Assembly (NCBI GenBank): GCA_012295275.1
Contig: CM022670.1
Span: 22,072,001-22,136,000 of the forward strand
Direction of reading: 5' to 3'
Origin: Chrysomallon squamiferum
Taxonomy: Eukaryota > Animalia > Mollusca
Length of the DNA: 64,000 nt
Shown: positions 1 through 13,500 of the stretch, in pieces
How positions within the stretch are numbered: position 1 is the first letter of the stretch
Layout: every line of letters begins with the position of its first letter
Notes under the pieces: model-generated
The model's input: only the letters and a program-made list of their open reading frames with translations
Databases searched by the model: none
What the model was told of the DNA's origin: nothing
Made by a program: the position numbers and the translations under genes

Positions 1-29
1 TGGTTTGAAAATGGATATTTGAGAACATT

Positions 30-600
30 AGGTCAAATTGCCAAATAAACAAGTTATTAATATACTGATAATCAAAACAGATATTTCCACAGCATTCATG
101 TATGGGTATATACTGGAGGAAGAATGCATTGTCTATAAACCAATACTCATGATAAATATTTCCACACTATTATTTTTGAGTATATACATTGGAACAAGAT
201 ATGAAATTGTCAACAAATTTGTTATAGCTTACTGGTAATCAAAATAAATCGATCCATACCCTTCATGTATGAATAAATTCTGGAGAAAAAGATATAAGGT
301 GTCAATAAACAGATATTTCCATAACATCCATGTATATATTGGATGACAACATCTCAAATTGTCAATAAGTAAATTATTAACATATATGATGATTAAAATA
401 AATGGAATGGAATGGAAAAAAATTAACGTGCTAATCCATACCCTTTATGTATGACAGGTCAGCATGCTGTCCGTAGAACAAATAAATAATTCCATACCCT
501 TTATGTATATGCTGTAGAACAAGACATAAAATAAGTTATTAACAATCTGGTATTTAAACTGATATTTCCATACATTTCATGTATTTATTGGTTAACAATT
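30..600. repeat. Degenerate intronic tandem repeat, roughly 60-90 bp unit
   Basis: Recurring ATATTTCCAYA/ATCCATACC...CATGTAT...TGGA...AAATTGTCAAT blocks at about 81, 156, 252, 314, 435, 490 and 562. Confidence 0.6.
401..476 (-). mobile_element. Fragment of the same short retroposon seen at 38336-38440
   Basis: (GGAAT)n-GGAAAAAAATTAACGTGCTA and TGACAGGTCAGC...TGTCCGT are shared with the 38.3 kb insertion. Confidence 0.65.
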
Positions 601-624
601 GTTAATGAATTAAAATCTTTTCAG

Positions 625-1419
625 GTTCGTGACTATTCTGGAATGTACAAGATAAAACTGATTCCCTGTACAACATCACTGGACCAGGAATATTCCCTGC
701 CGGTTACCTGCAACCCTCGTAATCCCCTGAATTTTGATCTGCCTATCAGATTTCAACAGGTCAGCGACCCAGTTCCCACTGAATTCAGTCTGAACACAAA
801 CTTCCACCTGATGAGAAAACGACAGCTCTGGCTCAGTGATGGCTCCATGGGCTTTTCAGACGAAACTGATACAGCCTTCACTCCATGTAAACATTCAGTA
901 TTTGTATTCAAAATACTAGAAAATAATCCCTTGTCTTGTAATACTAGTACATGTTTATCTTCGAATACAAAAAGATAATGTTTAGTTTAAAATATTAGAA
1001 AAATATATAACATACTGGTAAATACTATTTATGTTAAAATACTAGAAAATAATTAAAATACTGGTAAATACTAATTTTTAAATAACAGAAAATAATAATT
1101 TTAAAATATCACCAGATATTTAAAATGTTGTTAAAATAACTATTTAAAATTCCAGAAAATAATATTTATTTTAAAATATAACTAGACGTTTAAAATGTTG
1201 GTAAAATATACAATTTAAAATTCCAGAAAATAATATTTATTTTCAAATATTAATTATGCGATTTTTAAAATACTGGTAAATACTTACTTTAAAATATCAG
1301 AAAATATTGTTTTTATTTAAATAGTAGTAAACAATATTTTTTGAGACACAAGAAAATAAAATTTATTTTAAAATATTAGAAAATAATTAAAATACTAGTA
1401 AATATTTATTTCAAAATAC

Positions 1420-1450
<31 letters not shown>

Positions 1451-4356
1451 ATAAATAATAATAATAATAATAATAACAATGTTTATTTTAAAAACAGAAA
1501 ATAATGTTTATTTTCAAATACTAGCAAACAACATTTTCTTAAATACCAGAAAATATTTATGTTAAAATGTTAAGAAATACTTAAAATATTGATAATGCTG
1601 TTTTTGAAATGCTGGTAAATATTTATTTTCAAGTACTAATATTTATTTTAAAATGAAAGAAAATACTATTTAAAAAAAAAAAGCATGTTAATTATTATCT
1701 CATTTAATCATTAATGACATATTCAGCACCTTAAATATTATTTTTATTAAATGATCATTTTTAGACTTTGTTCAGTTTCATCCATCAAATGTTTCAACAT
1801 ATATACATACACATACATATGTATACATATATGTATAAATATGTATACATATGTATACATATTTTAAAAACAATTATAAGCACTATTGTAAGAAGCAAAT
1901 GCTGTATGTCTGTTACTTTCAGCGGACAAGCTGTATGGTCGAGTGAGTGTTGATCCAGTACAGAATCTAGGAAGCTCTTTTGTCATCACAGTGGAGAAAG
2001 TGTTTTTGTGTTCCGGCAAAGATGGCTACATTCCAAAATATGATCCAGAAAACAAGGAGTTTGGCTGTGTAGCTGAATCACCCAATCTGCAGTACGCTTT
2101 TAAAATACTGGTAAATATTGTTTTATATTTTAAATGTTTTATTTTAAAATCATGGTAAATAATATTGTGTTTCAAAATACTGGTAAATATTGTTTATTTT
2201 GAAATACTTGTGAACAATGTTTATTTTAAAATACTAGTAGATAATATTTAAATTAAAACACCAGATTAATTCTTTGAAAATACCTTAATTAATGATTATA
2301 ATAAAAAATTATAAAATGATATTGAATATTTAAAATAGACAGAAATAACATTTTAAAATAAAGATAAATATTTAAAACAGAGGTAAGTAACATTTATTCT
2401 GAAGTACTTGTTGAATGTTTACATTAATAATTTTTATTTTAAAATAGTTGTAAATCTTTATTAAAGAGAACTGTTACATAATGTTTATTTTAACATATTA
2501 GTAAATAATGTTTATTTTAAAATACTGGTAAATACATTTATTTAAAAAATATTTATAAGTAACTGATTTTAACATACTAGTAATTATGTGTTATTAAAAA
2601 AATATATATTATTTTGTTTATTTTAAATACCATAAATTAAATAATATTCTTATTTTGTATTATTGGTAATTTTAAATTGCTTTAGAAAAATGTTGTTTTT
2701 CAAAAACAAATTAAAAATTTCAGAATTAATTATACATGAAGCTACAGTTAAATACTTATTTTGAGATGCTGAAAAGGTTTTTTTCAAAATAAAAGTAAAT
2801 ATTCTTTATTTAAAAATATTATAAATAATGTTTGTTTTAAAATGTTGGTAAATATATTTTGAAAAATAATAATGGGATATAATTAATATTTTTAAATATT
2901 TGTAAATTAAAAAAGTACTAGTAAATAATTTTAAATTTTTACTTTAACAATAGTAGTAAATGATATTTAACATCAAATACAAGTAATTAATGTTTATATT
3001 TAAAATACTAGTACATAGTGTTTGATTTAAAACATCTGTGATTAATTGAAAATATAATTAATGTTTATTTTGAATTGAGTATAAAATAATATTTATTTAG
3101 AAAAACTTGTCAATAATGATTATGTCAAAATAATAGTAAATAATAATTACTTTAAAATACAAGAATTTAACATCTTAAAATATGGGAAATAATATTTATA
3201 TAAAGATACTAGTAAACAAAATTTAATTTATTAGTTATAAACATTTGATTGAAATACTGCTAATTAATGTTTCTTTTAAATTAAATAATCATTTTCAAAT
3301 TACTAGTAAATATTTATTTACAAATACTAGAAAATAATGTTTATTTCAAAATTCAGTAAGAAATGGGATTTAAAAAAAAATTATATTAAATACTATTACA
3401 TAATTTTTAATTTGAAATGCTACTAAATACTTCTTTGAAATTACTACTAATAATCTTTATTTTAAAATATTAGAAAATAATAATTTTAAAATACTGGCAT
3501 TTTTTTTTTTTAATATATTGTAAACAATCTTTATTTTAAAATGCTGGCAGTTAATGCTTCTTTTAATATATTGTAAATAATCTTTAATCTAAACGTGTAA
3601 AAAGTATTATTAAATTTTTAATTAATAAGACTAGTAATTTGGAAATAGTATTAATGTTTATTTTAAAACTGTAATAAATAATATTTATATTAAAATACTA
3701 GTAAATAATGTTGTCTTAAAACTGTTATGAATAATATTTATTTTAAGATACAAGGAGATAATCTTTGCACTAAATTCTAATATTTTATTTCAGGATAAAG
3801 GCGCTCCATTTACAGAAGTGAAAGATTTCCGAGAGATTCTCTTCAATGCCAGATTGGCAGCAGATGATCCTGGAGCCATAGAACTCGTCAGACAGACAGG
3901 ATCTGATGGCTTTTCAATGGACTGTCAACCACTTTTTGATGTGAGTTCCAGCATTGGTATACACTAACCACTCTGTACTGTTACAGTGTAATACTGACTA
4001 GATTTTGTAATTTTGCATTTTGTAAATTTTCATATTTTATGACACTTTTTTACTCAGATTCCTGTAATTTGGCAGAAATAAACCTACAGACATTTTCATA
4101 TTATCTAAAATAATTAAGTCAGTATTCATCAGAAAGATAATTTCTTGTTTTTATTCTGAAGGTCAAGAGTTGTTATAAATATTAATGTAATATGGTTGAA
4201 TTATATTCTGAAATAAAATCCATCAGGTATATATTACATGCATACATACATTAGATACATACATACATATATACATACATTATATACTTATATACATACA
4301 CACATATATACATACATACAAACATACATACATACATACATACATACATACATACA

Positions 4357-4392
<36 letters not shown>

Positions 4393-5002
4393 TATATATA
4401 TTTCATTTTAATACTCTTTAGGAATATTCTAGTTAATGTATTTACAATGTTAAATTACATTTGTCAAACTGATGGTAAATGTTAAGGTCATGTGAAGTCT
4501 CATTCTATAAAACAAACTGATGCTGTTGTTTCAGGTTGATGGCGGCAGACAATGGTTTTTACACACAATTTACACGATCCGGTCAAAGTCGAACGCAGAT
4601 CGAGGCATCAAGAAGCGAAGCATTGCCAGCGAGGTTGAAACTTTCCACCAGGTGTCTGTGTATTCCAGCAGGGTGAAGCGAGAAGAGGGCGACGTCCAGG
4701 GGGTGGGGAAGAAGGGGAAAGGAACAAACATGGCTCGCATTAACTTAAAGCACGACAGCAAATACACCATTGAGATAGGCACCGATTCTAGTGACAGTGA
4801 GTTTCCACTGATACCGGTTCTAGTAGCCATCGGTGCCTTCTTAGCAATATCTCTACTCATCACAGTGGTTTTCATTCGTCGTCGAAGAAAACAGACTACT
4901 CCACCTCCGTCGCCGACGAATACCATTATAGTGTCTAGTGGTAAAGGCAAATCTAAAGTTGTTGCAGCAGGACATTTTAACAATGATAATACTGAAGTAT
5001 AA
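625..5002 (+). CDS. FREM2: 3' end of a FRAS1-related extracellular matrix protein 2 (FREM2/ECM3-like) gene, copy 1; last four coding exons, gene starts upstream of the window
   Basis: Exons 625-886, 1923-2110, 3794-3940, 4535-5002 have AG/GT boundaries and compatible phases. They splice to [16 protein letters not shown]...[30 protein letters not shown]...[18 protein letters not shown]...[16 protein letters not shown]...FKILDKGAP...[30 protein letters not shown], then a TM helix, RRRRK and a C-terminal TEV (PDZ-binding type). This matches the FREM2 C-terminal region as I recall it. Confidence 0.9.
900..1700. repeat. Degenerate ~28-30 bp AT-rich minisatellite (consensus near AATGTTTATTTTAAAATACTRGTAAAT) in a FREM2 intron
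   Basis: Many imperfect TTTAAAATACTAG/TGGTAAAT units; also copied at ~14612-15300. Confidence 0.8.
2111..3770. repeat. Same ~28-30 bp degenerate minisatellite filling the next FREM2 intron
   Basis: Units such as AATGTTTATTTTAAAATACTAGTAGAT and AATGTTTATTTTAAAATACTGGTAAAT recur throughout; copied at ~15687-17420. Confidence 0.8.
4241..4400. repeat. (TACA)n/(TA)n microsatellite
   Basis: Seen directly; shorter version at ~17878-18005 in the duplicate. Confidence 0.95.
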
Positions 5003-8000
5003 CAGTCTCTCCTAGATTGTGTTCAAAAGTGAAACCTCATTGCTCAATGTTCAGTGTGCTGATCTAAGGAAAATCTGATATTATTTTATTTCAAGTATTT
5101 TTAACAAATATACTGTAGTTATTCATATTCAGCTCTACACGTTTTATACACAAAGACACAGGTACCACTGAATTTTGGTGGACTCATTTTTTATTTTTTT
5201 TTATTTAATGGATACAAGCATAATAACTTTTTATTTGGGGTTTTACATATTTTTATTTTCTGCCACTTTTTAGTCGTTACTCAGTATTTCAAAAACTGGA
5301 ATGAATAAAGTTGTTATTATTATTATTTTTTTTTTATTTTTTTTATCCAACCTTTTTATTTGTCAATACATAAGTATTAGTTGGTTTTTCATTATTATTA
5401 TTATTATTTTTTTTTTAAAAAATTTTTAAGTAGAAGTATGTTATTATCATTTATTGTACAATTATTTTTTTTTTGATATAATTTCCGAAACTGATTGAAA
5501 ATCAGAAGTGTCTTTAGCTTTTTTTAAATCTCAAATCCTATAAAATATATCATGAAGAATTTTTGAGGCTGCTTGTGTTTGGAATGTCAGTTTCCATATA
5601 TGTATATATATTTGGAAATCCCAGTTTCAAATTATACTTTACAAGGTATTTTTCTGTTACTGAATGTTTGTAACTTTGTTACATAATAATTATTAGTAAT
5701 TCACAATTATGTCATGTAGTATGTATTATATTCATATCTGTATATTTAAGTATTTATATTTTTTCAGTGTAATTCATTAGATGGATTTAGTCTGTTAATT
5801 TGTGTTATTGTATTAACTACAGCTTCACAGAATGTTTATATATATATATATACATAAGTGACAATTTTGCAGTTAAAAAACCCATAAAGTATACAAAATG
5901 GTTTCTTAAATGCATTAAATGTGTATAACAATAAGAAAAACACTTTAAAAATAAAAATATGTAAAATATTTAAAACCATACAGCCATTATATAAGTATTT
6001 ATGTAAACTGATTGTTGTATTACAAAAATACTTACTGCAGTATTTTCTCTCAAATAATCTTGACAGTTTTAATAAAATGTTCAAGTTTTTAAAGTATGTG
6101 AAAATAAATTCATTTCATATTATCCAGTATGGAAGATTGAATTATTTTTTTTGAAATCAAAATCACATTAAATATGTTCACTGTGTTTAAGTGTGAAAAA
6201 AAATTAATTAATAATTATGTATTATTTACAATATTTATTATTAAATTATGTCCATAACAATAAATAAAGAAATCCATTCTACAAAAAAAAAAAAAAAAAA
6301 AAAAAAAATGTTATACCACAGTAACAAATCTCTCTGCATGTTTTGAGTAGTTGAGTAAAATACTCAGAATATTAAGTAAGTACATCAGAATCTCAAATTT
6401 AAATTACATTTACATTTCATATTCAAATTGCTTCTTTCCTTTGAAATTTAAATATTTTTAAAAGTATAGGGTCACCAGTAAAATGGCCAAATGTTACATT
6501 TACAAACTGCATCCATGAAAGTAGTAGAAACACTTTTAATTGCTTTCTATCTTTTCAGTGACCTGTTTGTTTGCTTGGTCATCAAATATAGAAACAGAAA
6601 TCTTTTATAAATGGATTATTAAAATGCATAGATGATTTCAGACATGTTTAGAAAATTTGTTGTGTTAACAAATTTGTCATCAAAAGTTCCCCTTGGTTTT
6701 TAAATGTCTCTTTTGTACAAGTTATGAAGCTTTTAGTAACTTCAGTTTTCACATGATCAAGGGTAAATGAAGGGCATACAAATTTAAAAGAAAAACAACA
6801 TTTATATCGTAAATTTAATAAAGATTTTAAATTTAAAAAAAAATCAACATCTGATTAATTTCTTTTTTTTAAATATTTTATTTATTTTGTATTTATGATT
6901 CACTGATGTAAAATATTTAACTCTCTATATATATTTTATAAAAGTTTATATTTCATATTTATAAATTTGTAAATGATATGCTGCAAATAATTTTTACATA
7001 TTTTAATGTTTTTTTGTGATATGTGAATGCTTTTATAGTGCATACATTTCAATGTTTTCCAGCAAAAACTTTATATATTTGCGGTATTTTTTTTTTTTTT
7101 TTTTTTTTTTTTCATTTTATATTCCTTTTTGATGTATGTCATAGAGCTCCATGCGGAATGTTGAAAAAATGTAAACTATATTTGTATGTTTTTAAAATTA
7201 AATATCTTTTAACATATTGCTTTTGTTTTTGTTTGTACCTGGATACCTGTACTTTAAACCGTTGAGCCCTAATTCCACTTTCTGTCATGACTCTATTCAT
7301 GACCTCTTCAGCTGGTGATCTGTATACCATATTAGTAAGATGATTCCAAGAGATGACTGGACAAAGATAAATGGCATCATACATGTACATCCATAATTAA
7401 ATTTACCTCAAATCATGGACACAGCCAGGTTTTAAAGTTAAAGGGGAATGTGAACGTGGAAAAAAGGTACCATGACGAATACCATATATTGTTTGAACTT
7501 GTTATAGATTCTTATATTTAAAATCAAAACAAAGTTTTAAAAAAAAAAGCATAATAGAAACAACAGATCTTATTTAATTATAATGGACAAGAGTTTAAAT
7601 GCTGTTGAAAAGGCACCTGTTTTTAAGAATTTGTTCCTGAGGAGCAATTTCTGCTCCAGCTAATCACTGCCTCAGCTCCCAGTAAACCAATACTACAGCA
7701 CAAAACAAGAAAACAAGACAATTCCCATTTACTATGCACTCAGAAGGGTTAATATTTTGAAACAGATTTGCTGTCTTTATTATTATATTTTTGTTAAATA
7801 TGGCTGATGTTTTATGATTGTGTAAGTATTTGCTTATGAATAAACATTTAGTTTTAATGAAAAATAATTGTTTTAAGAAATTACATGTAAAACAAATATA
7901 AATAAAATAAAATAAAAATTAAAAATAACACACAATTACATATTTTGGGGTATTTATATAATTTGATTTTATAATTTAAGAAGTTTAATATGATCTGTCA

Positions 8001-8890
8001 CAGATGGTATGAAATAATCAAGACAAAAAAAAAAAAAAAAAGTAAAATTCATGAAAACAAACATGGCAGTTACATCATAAATTATTTCTTTCTTAACAAA
8101 ATCACTGAAAAAATATATAAAAATTCATAAAACAGCATTTAACCAAAAAATATGGATTTTCAGATTTCATATTCCAGTTTTCACAGAATACACACATTGC
8201 ATTGTGCAATGAAGTCATAAATGAGTCCAGTTTATACATCTTCAAACATTGCATGCAGAGCCTCATTTATGTCCCCTCCCCAGACTTGTTTTATAAAAAA
8301 AAAAATAATAACAATAATAGAAATGTAATAATTATAAAATTAATTTTATTAAAAAAAATTAACAGTGTGTGTTAATATAATTAACATGTTACACAGCAAT
8401 ATTAACAAAAATAGAAAAAATTAACAGTGACATGCATAATTTAAAGAAATAAAGGCATCACAGCATTTCATGTGTCATCTGATTCCAAGTAATTTATTTC
8501 ATCATTTCAGATATCACAAACTGAAAACCATATTCTAAATTTCTTAAAGCTAGTAAATTGAGTAAATTTAAATCATTTAATTATCTTCACCTTTATTTCA
8601 TAGACATTTAGAATGTATGTTTTGTATGAATAAAATAGTTTTCCACCCTGAATTCCACGATGTGGCTGCCCAGTAGGAGGGAATGTATTAAAAATATATT
8701 AGCACGTGAAAATACTGTTATAAATACTTGAATGTATGACCTTTCAGCACATTACAATGTCACAAGTCAGAGAATCATGGGTATTTTATCATTTATAATC
8801 AAAGGTTTATCTCAAATTATACTTTCTTTAGAAATCATAACGTTTTACTTTATCATTCCACAATTATATTAGCAGTTACGTTTTACTTCT

Positions 8891-11800
8891 TCAATCATTA
8901 GTATGCAGAACTTCATCTGTAACAGAAAGAGTAATAATAAACATAAAACTGTTCATTTTTAAATCATTTCTTCTGTAAATAGTGCAACTATTTCCTGTTA
9001 AATAAAAACAGATTTAAAAAAAAAAATAAAAAAAAAAAGGTAGATAAAACAAAGAAAAAATTAAAAATGCAAGAGGATATATGTTTTTATTTGTAAATTA
9101 TTTAATACAAAGCTTTTTCTTTTTATCATGAAATATTTTTTTTATTTTCAGTTTTCACTAAATAAAAAGAATTCTACAGAATTACTTTTGGTCAGCTCCA
9201 ACTAAATATTTAAGCTAATATATATTAAAGATAATTTTTTAAACTAGTGGTAATTGTTAGAAAAGAAATATTGTCTAAAGACACAGTTAGTCTTGGCAAC
9301 AGAAAACTGAAGAAGGGAATACTATTTTATTAAAGATATTGACGTAAAAACTTTTATATTCCTCTGGGAACAAGCAAACCATAACTGAAGATTTTACATT
9401 AACATTTTAAATTATTTTATTCTATGGAAATAATAAAATTTAAAAAAATGAATTAAAAAAAATGAATTTTATTATTTTAAGGAAACAACAGATTGGAGTA
9501 TGATAAAAAAAAAAAAAAAAATGATTTAAACATATAGTTTAAAATATGTCACTTACTTGTATGTCTGTTAATTACTTTTTTGAAGTAACGTGGAAGAATA
9601 ACTCCATCTTGTCCTTCACTCAGAATAACATCATTGACAGACTTAAACAGTCTTATGCCATCTAACAAAAGTTACAAACACAAAATAACACACCCTTTAT
9701 TCAGTGTATCATTACCAGTGATTCAATGTATCATTACCAGAGTCAGTGTATCATTACCAGACTGAGTATGATTTAGTGTATCATTCATTACCAGACTGAG
9801 GCTAGAACAGCATGTGTCCAGATAATATCAATGAACAAGCATGTAATTTTACATCTGTATATATTTTATGTGTTGTCAGGATAACCAAACAGACTATTAA
9901 AACAAGATAGAAAACAGACCATAAAGACAGAATAGTCCAATAGACTATAAAGTCAGGATTGTCCAATAAAACTACAAAGACAAGATAGTCAAACACATAC
10001 AGACAGATAATTCAATAGAAAATAGAGACAGGATAGTCAAACAGAACATAAAGACAATATATTAAGACTAACATCATGATCATAAAACAAAGACTAAATG
10101 GTCAAAAGTCAGAATAAAGGTCAGTTAAAGTGTTTTATTTGCATTAATTTGTGCTATTATTATTATTTTTTAATTTATAAACTTACTTAATAAAAGAGTA
10201 ATAAACATTTATTTCTAATAATAATTTAAAGGTATCTCTTTTTTTTTTTTTTTTTTTTTTAAATATTTTAAATAATTCCTCTCACTTCTTAATGCTTTAT
10301 TCACATCCAAGTATATGGCAATATCACAAGTTGTTTTCATCCCTGAAATTAAAAAATCATTTTGTAAACTTTTTTTTTATCTCATGTAACAAGAAATTTC
10401 TGAAAACAAATACTGAAATAAAGATACTTTTATCAATCCTGCATTCTGTGCAGTTTGTCTCAGCTAGGTAATATTATGAAACTGAATTGCAACTGAAATA
10501 TTAAATAAATTAGATGTATTTTGTATATGCATCATTTTTTTTTAATAATCTATTTTAAAAACAAGCTTGAATAAGACAACCAATTGCTAATACATTAGTC
10601 TGTACCTTGCAGTGGTATTTACTAGCCCCTCAAAAATTAAAACTAAAATAACAATAAAAATAAAATAATGATCTAGAATTTTTTTTTTTTTTTCTGACAC
10701 AGTTGTGGTTAAAGGAACAAATCTGAAGGTGAACTGCATTTTATTTTATTTCTTTATCCAAGTCTAAAATACACACAAAATTCCCTTACAAATTATCTTC
10801 AACACTGGTTGCCATAGAATTAAAATATCTGCATTTAAGTTAGAAATAGCAAAATATAATAGAACTACACTTTGGGATCTATGGTGGACATTGTATAAGA
10901 AGAGATTATATTGTGACATAGCTGGATTAATAATAATAATAATAATAATAACAAAATTTAAAACTACATGGAGAAAAAAACAACCCCCCAAAAAAACATG
11001 AGTTTGATGAAACAAACTGAGAGATTGGTACCAAATTAGACTGGTCTAGTTGTGAAATCTTTTTTAGCATATTCACGTGAAAAAAAGACAAGACAACCAC
11101 GTGATCAGTTTACAGTTAAGATAATAAAATCCACTTTCTGTCCTGTATGAGACACACTCACCACTAAGGACTCCTGTATCTCCTGGTAATCCTTTAGCAA
11201 AATGGATGTGTTTTCTCCTCATTCGCATCAGTCCCTGATTAAAACATATCTAATAATGTACAGTCATGTAAATAATCTCAGAAATTATTACACCTTATGA
11301 AATTATGGAAATAAAAACAAAAATTAAAACAATCACTTTAAACATCTTAGCAACTTTGGATATTACGCAATATATTTTGTTTAAAAAAAATATATATTTT
11401 CCAGTATTTTATTTAATATATTTTTTTTTATATTATAAAAAATACTTGCTAAATTAATATGCTTTATTTATAAACATAATTTTATTTCCAAATCAAGGTA
11501 ATTACTTCAGTTTTTATTCTATTCCATGCTGACAAACTTGTTCCATGGACGACTGTTGGAAACTCCCTAGCACTGGTTATTGGTGTGAGCAACTGTTCAT
11601 CGTCGACTTCCTGTGCATTATTTTGTGTATATCATTACAAACTGTTAAAAATCTCAGATGAGTTGTTTAAAATGTACGGTAAGTTTTGCTAATGTTGTAC
11701 AATTTTATGATTGTAGTGGGATTCATTACTAATTGTTTCTTAGTAAACAACGATTACTGACCCGTTTAAAAAAAAATGTTCTAGTTTTTAATAAAATAAA

Positions 11801-13500
11801 ATATTAATAATATATTAAAAGTATAACTTAAAAGCATGTATTATATTAAAACATTAAACTAACAAAGATGTTTTAATGTCTCACTGACATTCCAAAATGG
11901 AGTGATATGACTGATGATCTTTGAAATGTTAGTTTATAAATTTTAAGATTTAGTCATTTGTTTATGTGTTTTGTTAATGCTGAATTTCCATAGCTAAAAC
12001 ACCTTCAGTTATATACAGGAACATTGGAACACAAATAAAAACCTTTTCAGGACTGAAAAAAACTTGGGATACTTACTACAATATTTATAGTATTTATATT
12101 ACTTCAGAGTTCATACCATAAATCTGTCCCTAATCAACATCGTGGTGATTTTTCAATCACCTGAAACATCTATCTAACCATCAGGAATTGACAGATAACA
12201 CTGGAATCCCTGTATTGCAATTTGTTATGATAAAATCTGTACTCACCGGAAGTGTGTGACCTTGTGTTGCGCGAATCTTTGAGCCATCTCTTGAAATCTG
12301 AAATCTTTTCTTAGTGTCATTGTTCACCACTTGTCTTACATCAGCTTTTGTGTATGATGAGAACTCGGGTTTCTGTAAAATCTCATCGATAGACGCATAT
12401 CCATCTGCAATGTCAGTGACAGCTGTCTGTCAGCTCACTGGTGCTGTTTTAATTTAACGCTTAATGTGTTTAATCTAATTCTCTTTAATTCATTTCACAT
12501 TATTTCTGATTTTGTTCATTATCATCTCAAACAAAAATCCTTTTGAAAAATGTATACAGAACTGAGATGAATATGTGAAACAGGCTACTGCTGTACTGAA
12601 TTTAAAAGTTTATTTAAACATTTTTGATTGGTCAGTATAGAAGATTTCTCAATTAATTTCATCAAGGTGAAATGTGTCAGTGATCACAGATCAAGAAAGA
12701 GATTTTCACTTCTGGTCAGTTACTTAGTAATATGTTGTTTAGTAATAGAACATTTCCTATATTCCTTAGCCCTCAATCCCACACTTTAGTCTGTATTAAA
12801 ACATACCGACTCCTCAGTCCTTTTGCCTTACAGCTTGGTCCCATTTCCCACACATAAATCCTCATTATCACACACCTCACTCACACACCTGTCTTTATTA
12901 ACAAACTCCTTATTCCCATACATCAGTCCTTATTCCCACACAAAGTGGTCTAATTCCCAGACCTCTCAGTCCTAATTCCTGTGCACCAGTCCATATTTCT
13001 ACATTTCTCAATGCTTATTTCCAATGAATATGAAAGATCAGATATTTTTAATTGTAAGAAACAATGAAACAGCAAAAGAAAATTAATAATGAGCATGAAA
13101 ATTAAATTAAATTAAAGTTCAAACCTGAAGAAAGATTTAAATTACACTGGGCTGCACCATGTCGAAGAATCCAAGCCAAACATTTTGACAAGCGTGTTAG
13201 ATCATCATTACTCTGAAGAGAATTGTAATGTATTTATTAGTTTGTTTATTTAAATATATGTCTCAATAACAAGCATTCTATCAGCAGATTCAGATTCCTA
13301 TCAAGTCACAATTCTTACATTGTTAAAGTTATTATTTAAATATTTCTAATTTGAGAATGAAAATTAATCAAAAATAAATAAAATTTATTTTATTAAGAAA
13401 GCATTTGTTTCTGACTGCTCAACTCCTGGCTGCATTAAAATATCATATTTTGACAGGTAACTTCTAGACTTAACTTCAGGCTTACCTGGTAAGCACACAT
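8891..13500 (-). CDS. TRPT1: tRNA 2'-phosphotransferase 1 (Tpt1/KptA family), copy 1, intact, ~208 aa
   Basis: Minus-strand exons 13500-13486 (MCAYQ, start uncertain), 13212-13125 (RLSKCLAWILRHGA), 12404-12247 (DGY...KKRF...KIRATQGHT), 11610-11506 (VVHGT...AWNRIK), 11234-11162 (GLMRMRRKHIHFAKG...VLSG), 10342-10286 (MKTTCDIAIYLDVNKAL), 9661-9557 (GIRLFKSVNDVILSEG...LPRYF), 8916-8891 (stop). All GT-AG and in phase; the Arg-His-Arg-Arg catalytic tetrad is present. Confidence 0.93.
9701..9800. repeat. Short tandem repeat of TCAGTGTATCATTACCAG (4 units; 2 units in copy 2 at ~22428-22485)
   Basis: Seen directly in a TRPT1 intron. Confidence 0.85.
9875..10115. repeat. Degenerate ~25 bp minisatellite (AAGACAGGATAGTCAAACAGACTATA-like)
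   Basis: Repeated AAGACA...ATAGTC(C/A)AA units; also at ~22560-22800. Confidence 0.7.
12765..13022. repeat. Degenerate ~20-22 bp C/T-rich minisatellite (TCAGTCCTTATTCCCACACA-like) in a TRPT1 intron
   Basis: Repeated CAGTCCTTATTCCCA/CAGTCCTAATTCC units; carried in every TRPT1 tandem unit. Confidence 0.7.

Noticed and set aside
4570-4983. 137-aa minus-strand ORF (and 18175-18555)
   Set aside because: Antisense shadow of the FREM2 last exon; no independent signals.
7139-7390. 83-aa minus ORF preserved in both copies
   Set aside because: Preservation reflects the recent duplication; no recognisable motif or exon structure.
9701-9800. Direct repeats with short spacers, superficially CRISPR-like
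   Set aside because: Eukaryotic intron, spacers only a few nt, no cas genes; an ordinary minisatellite.
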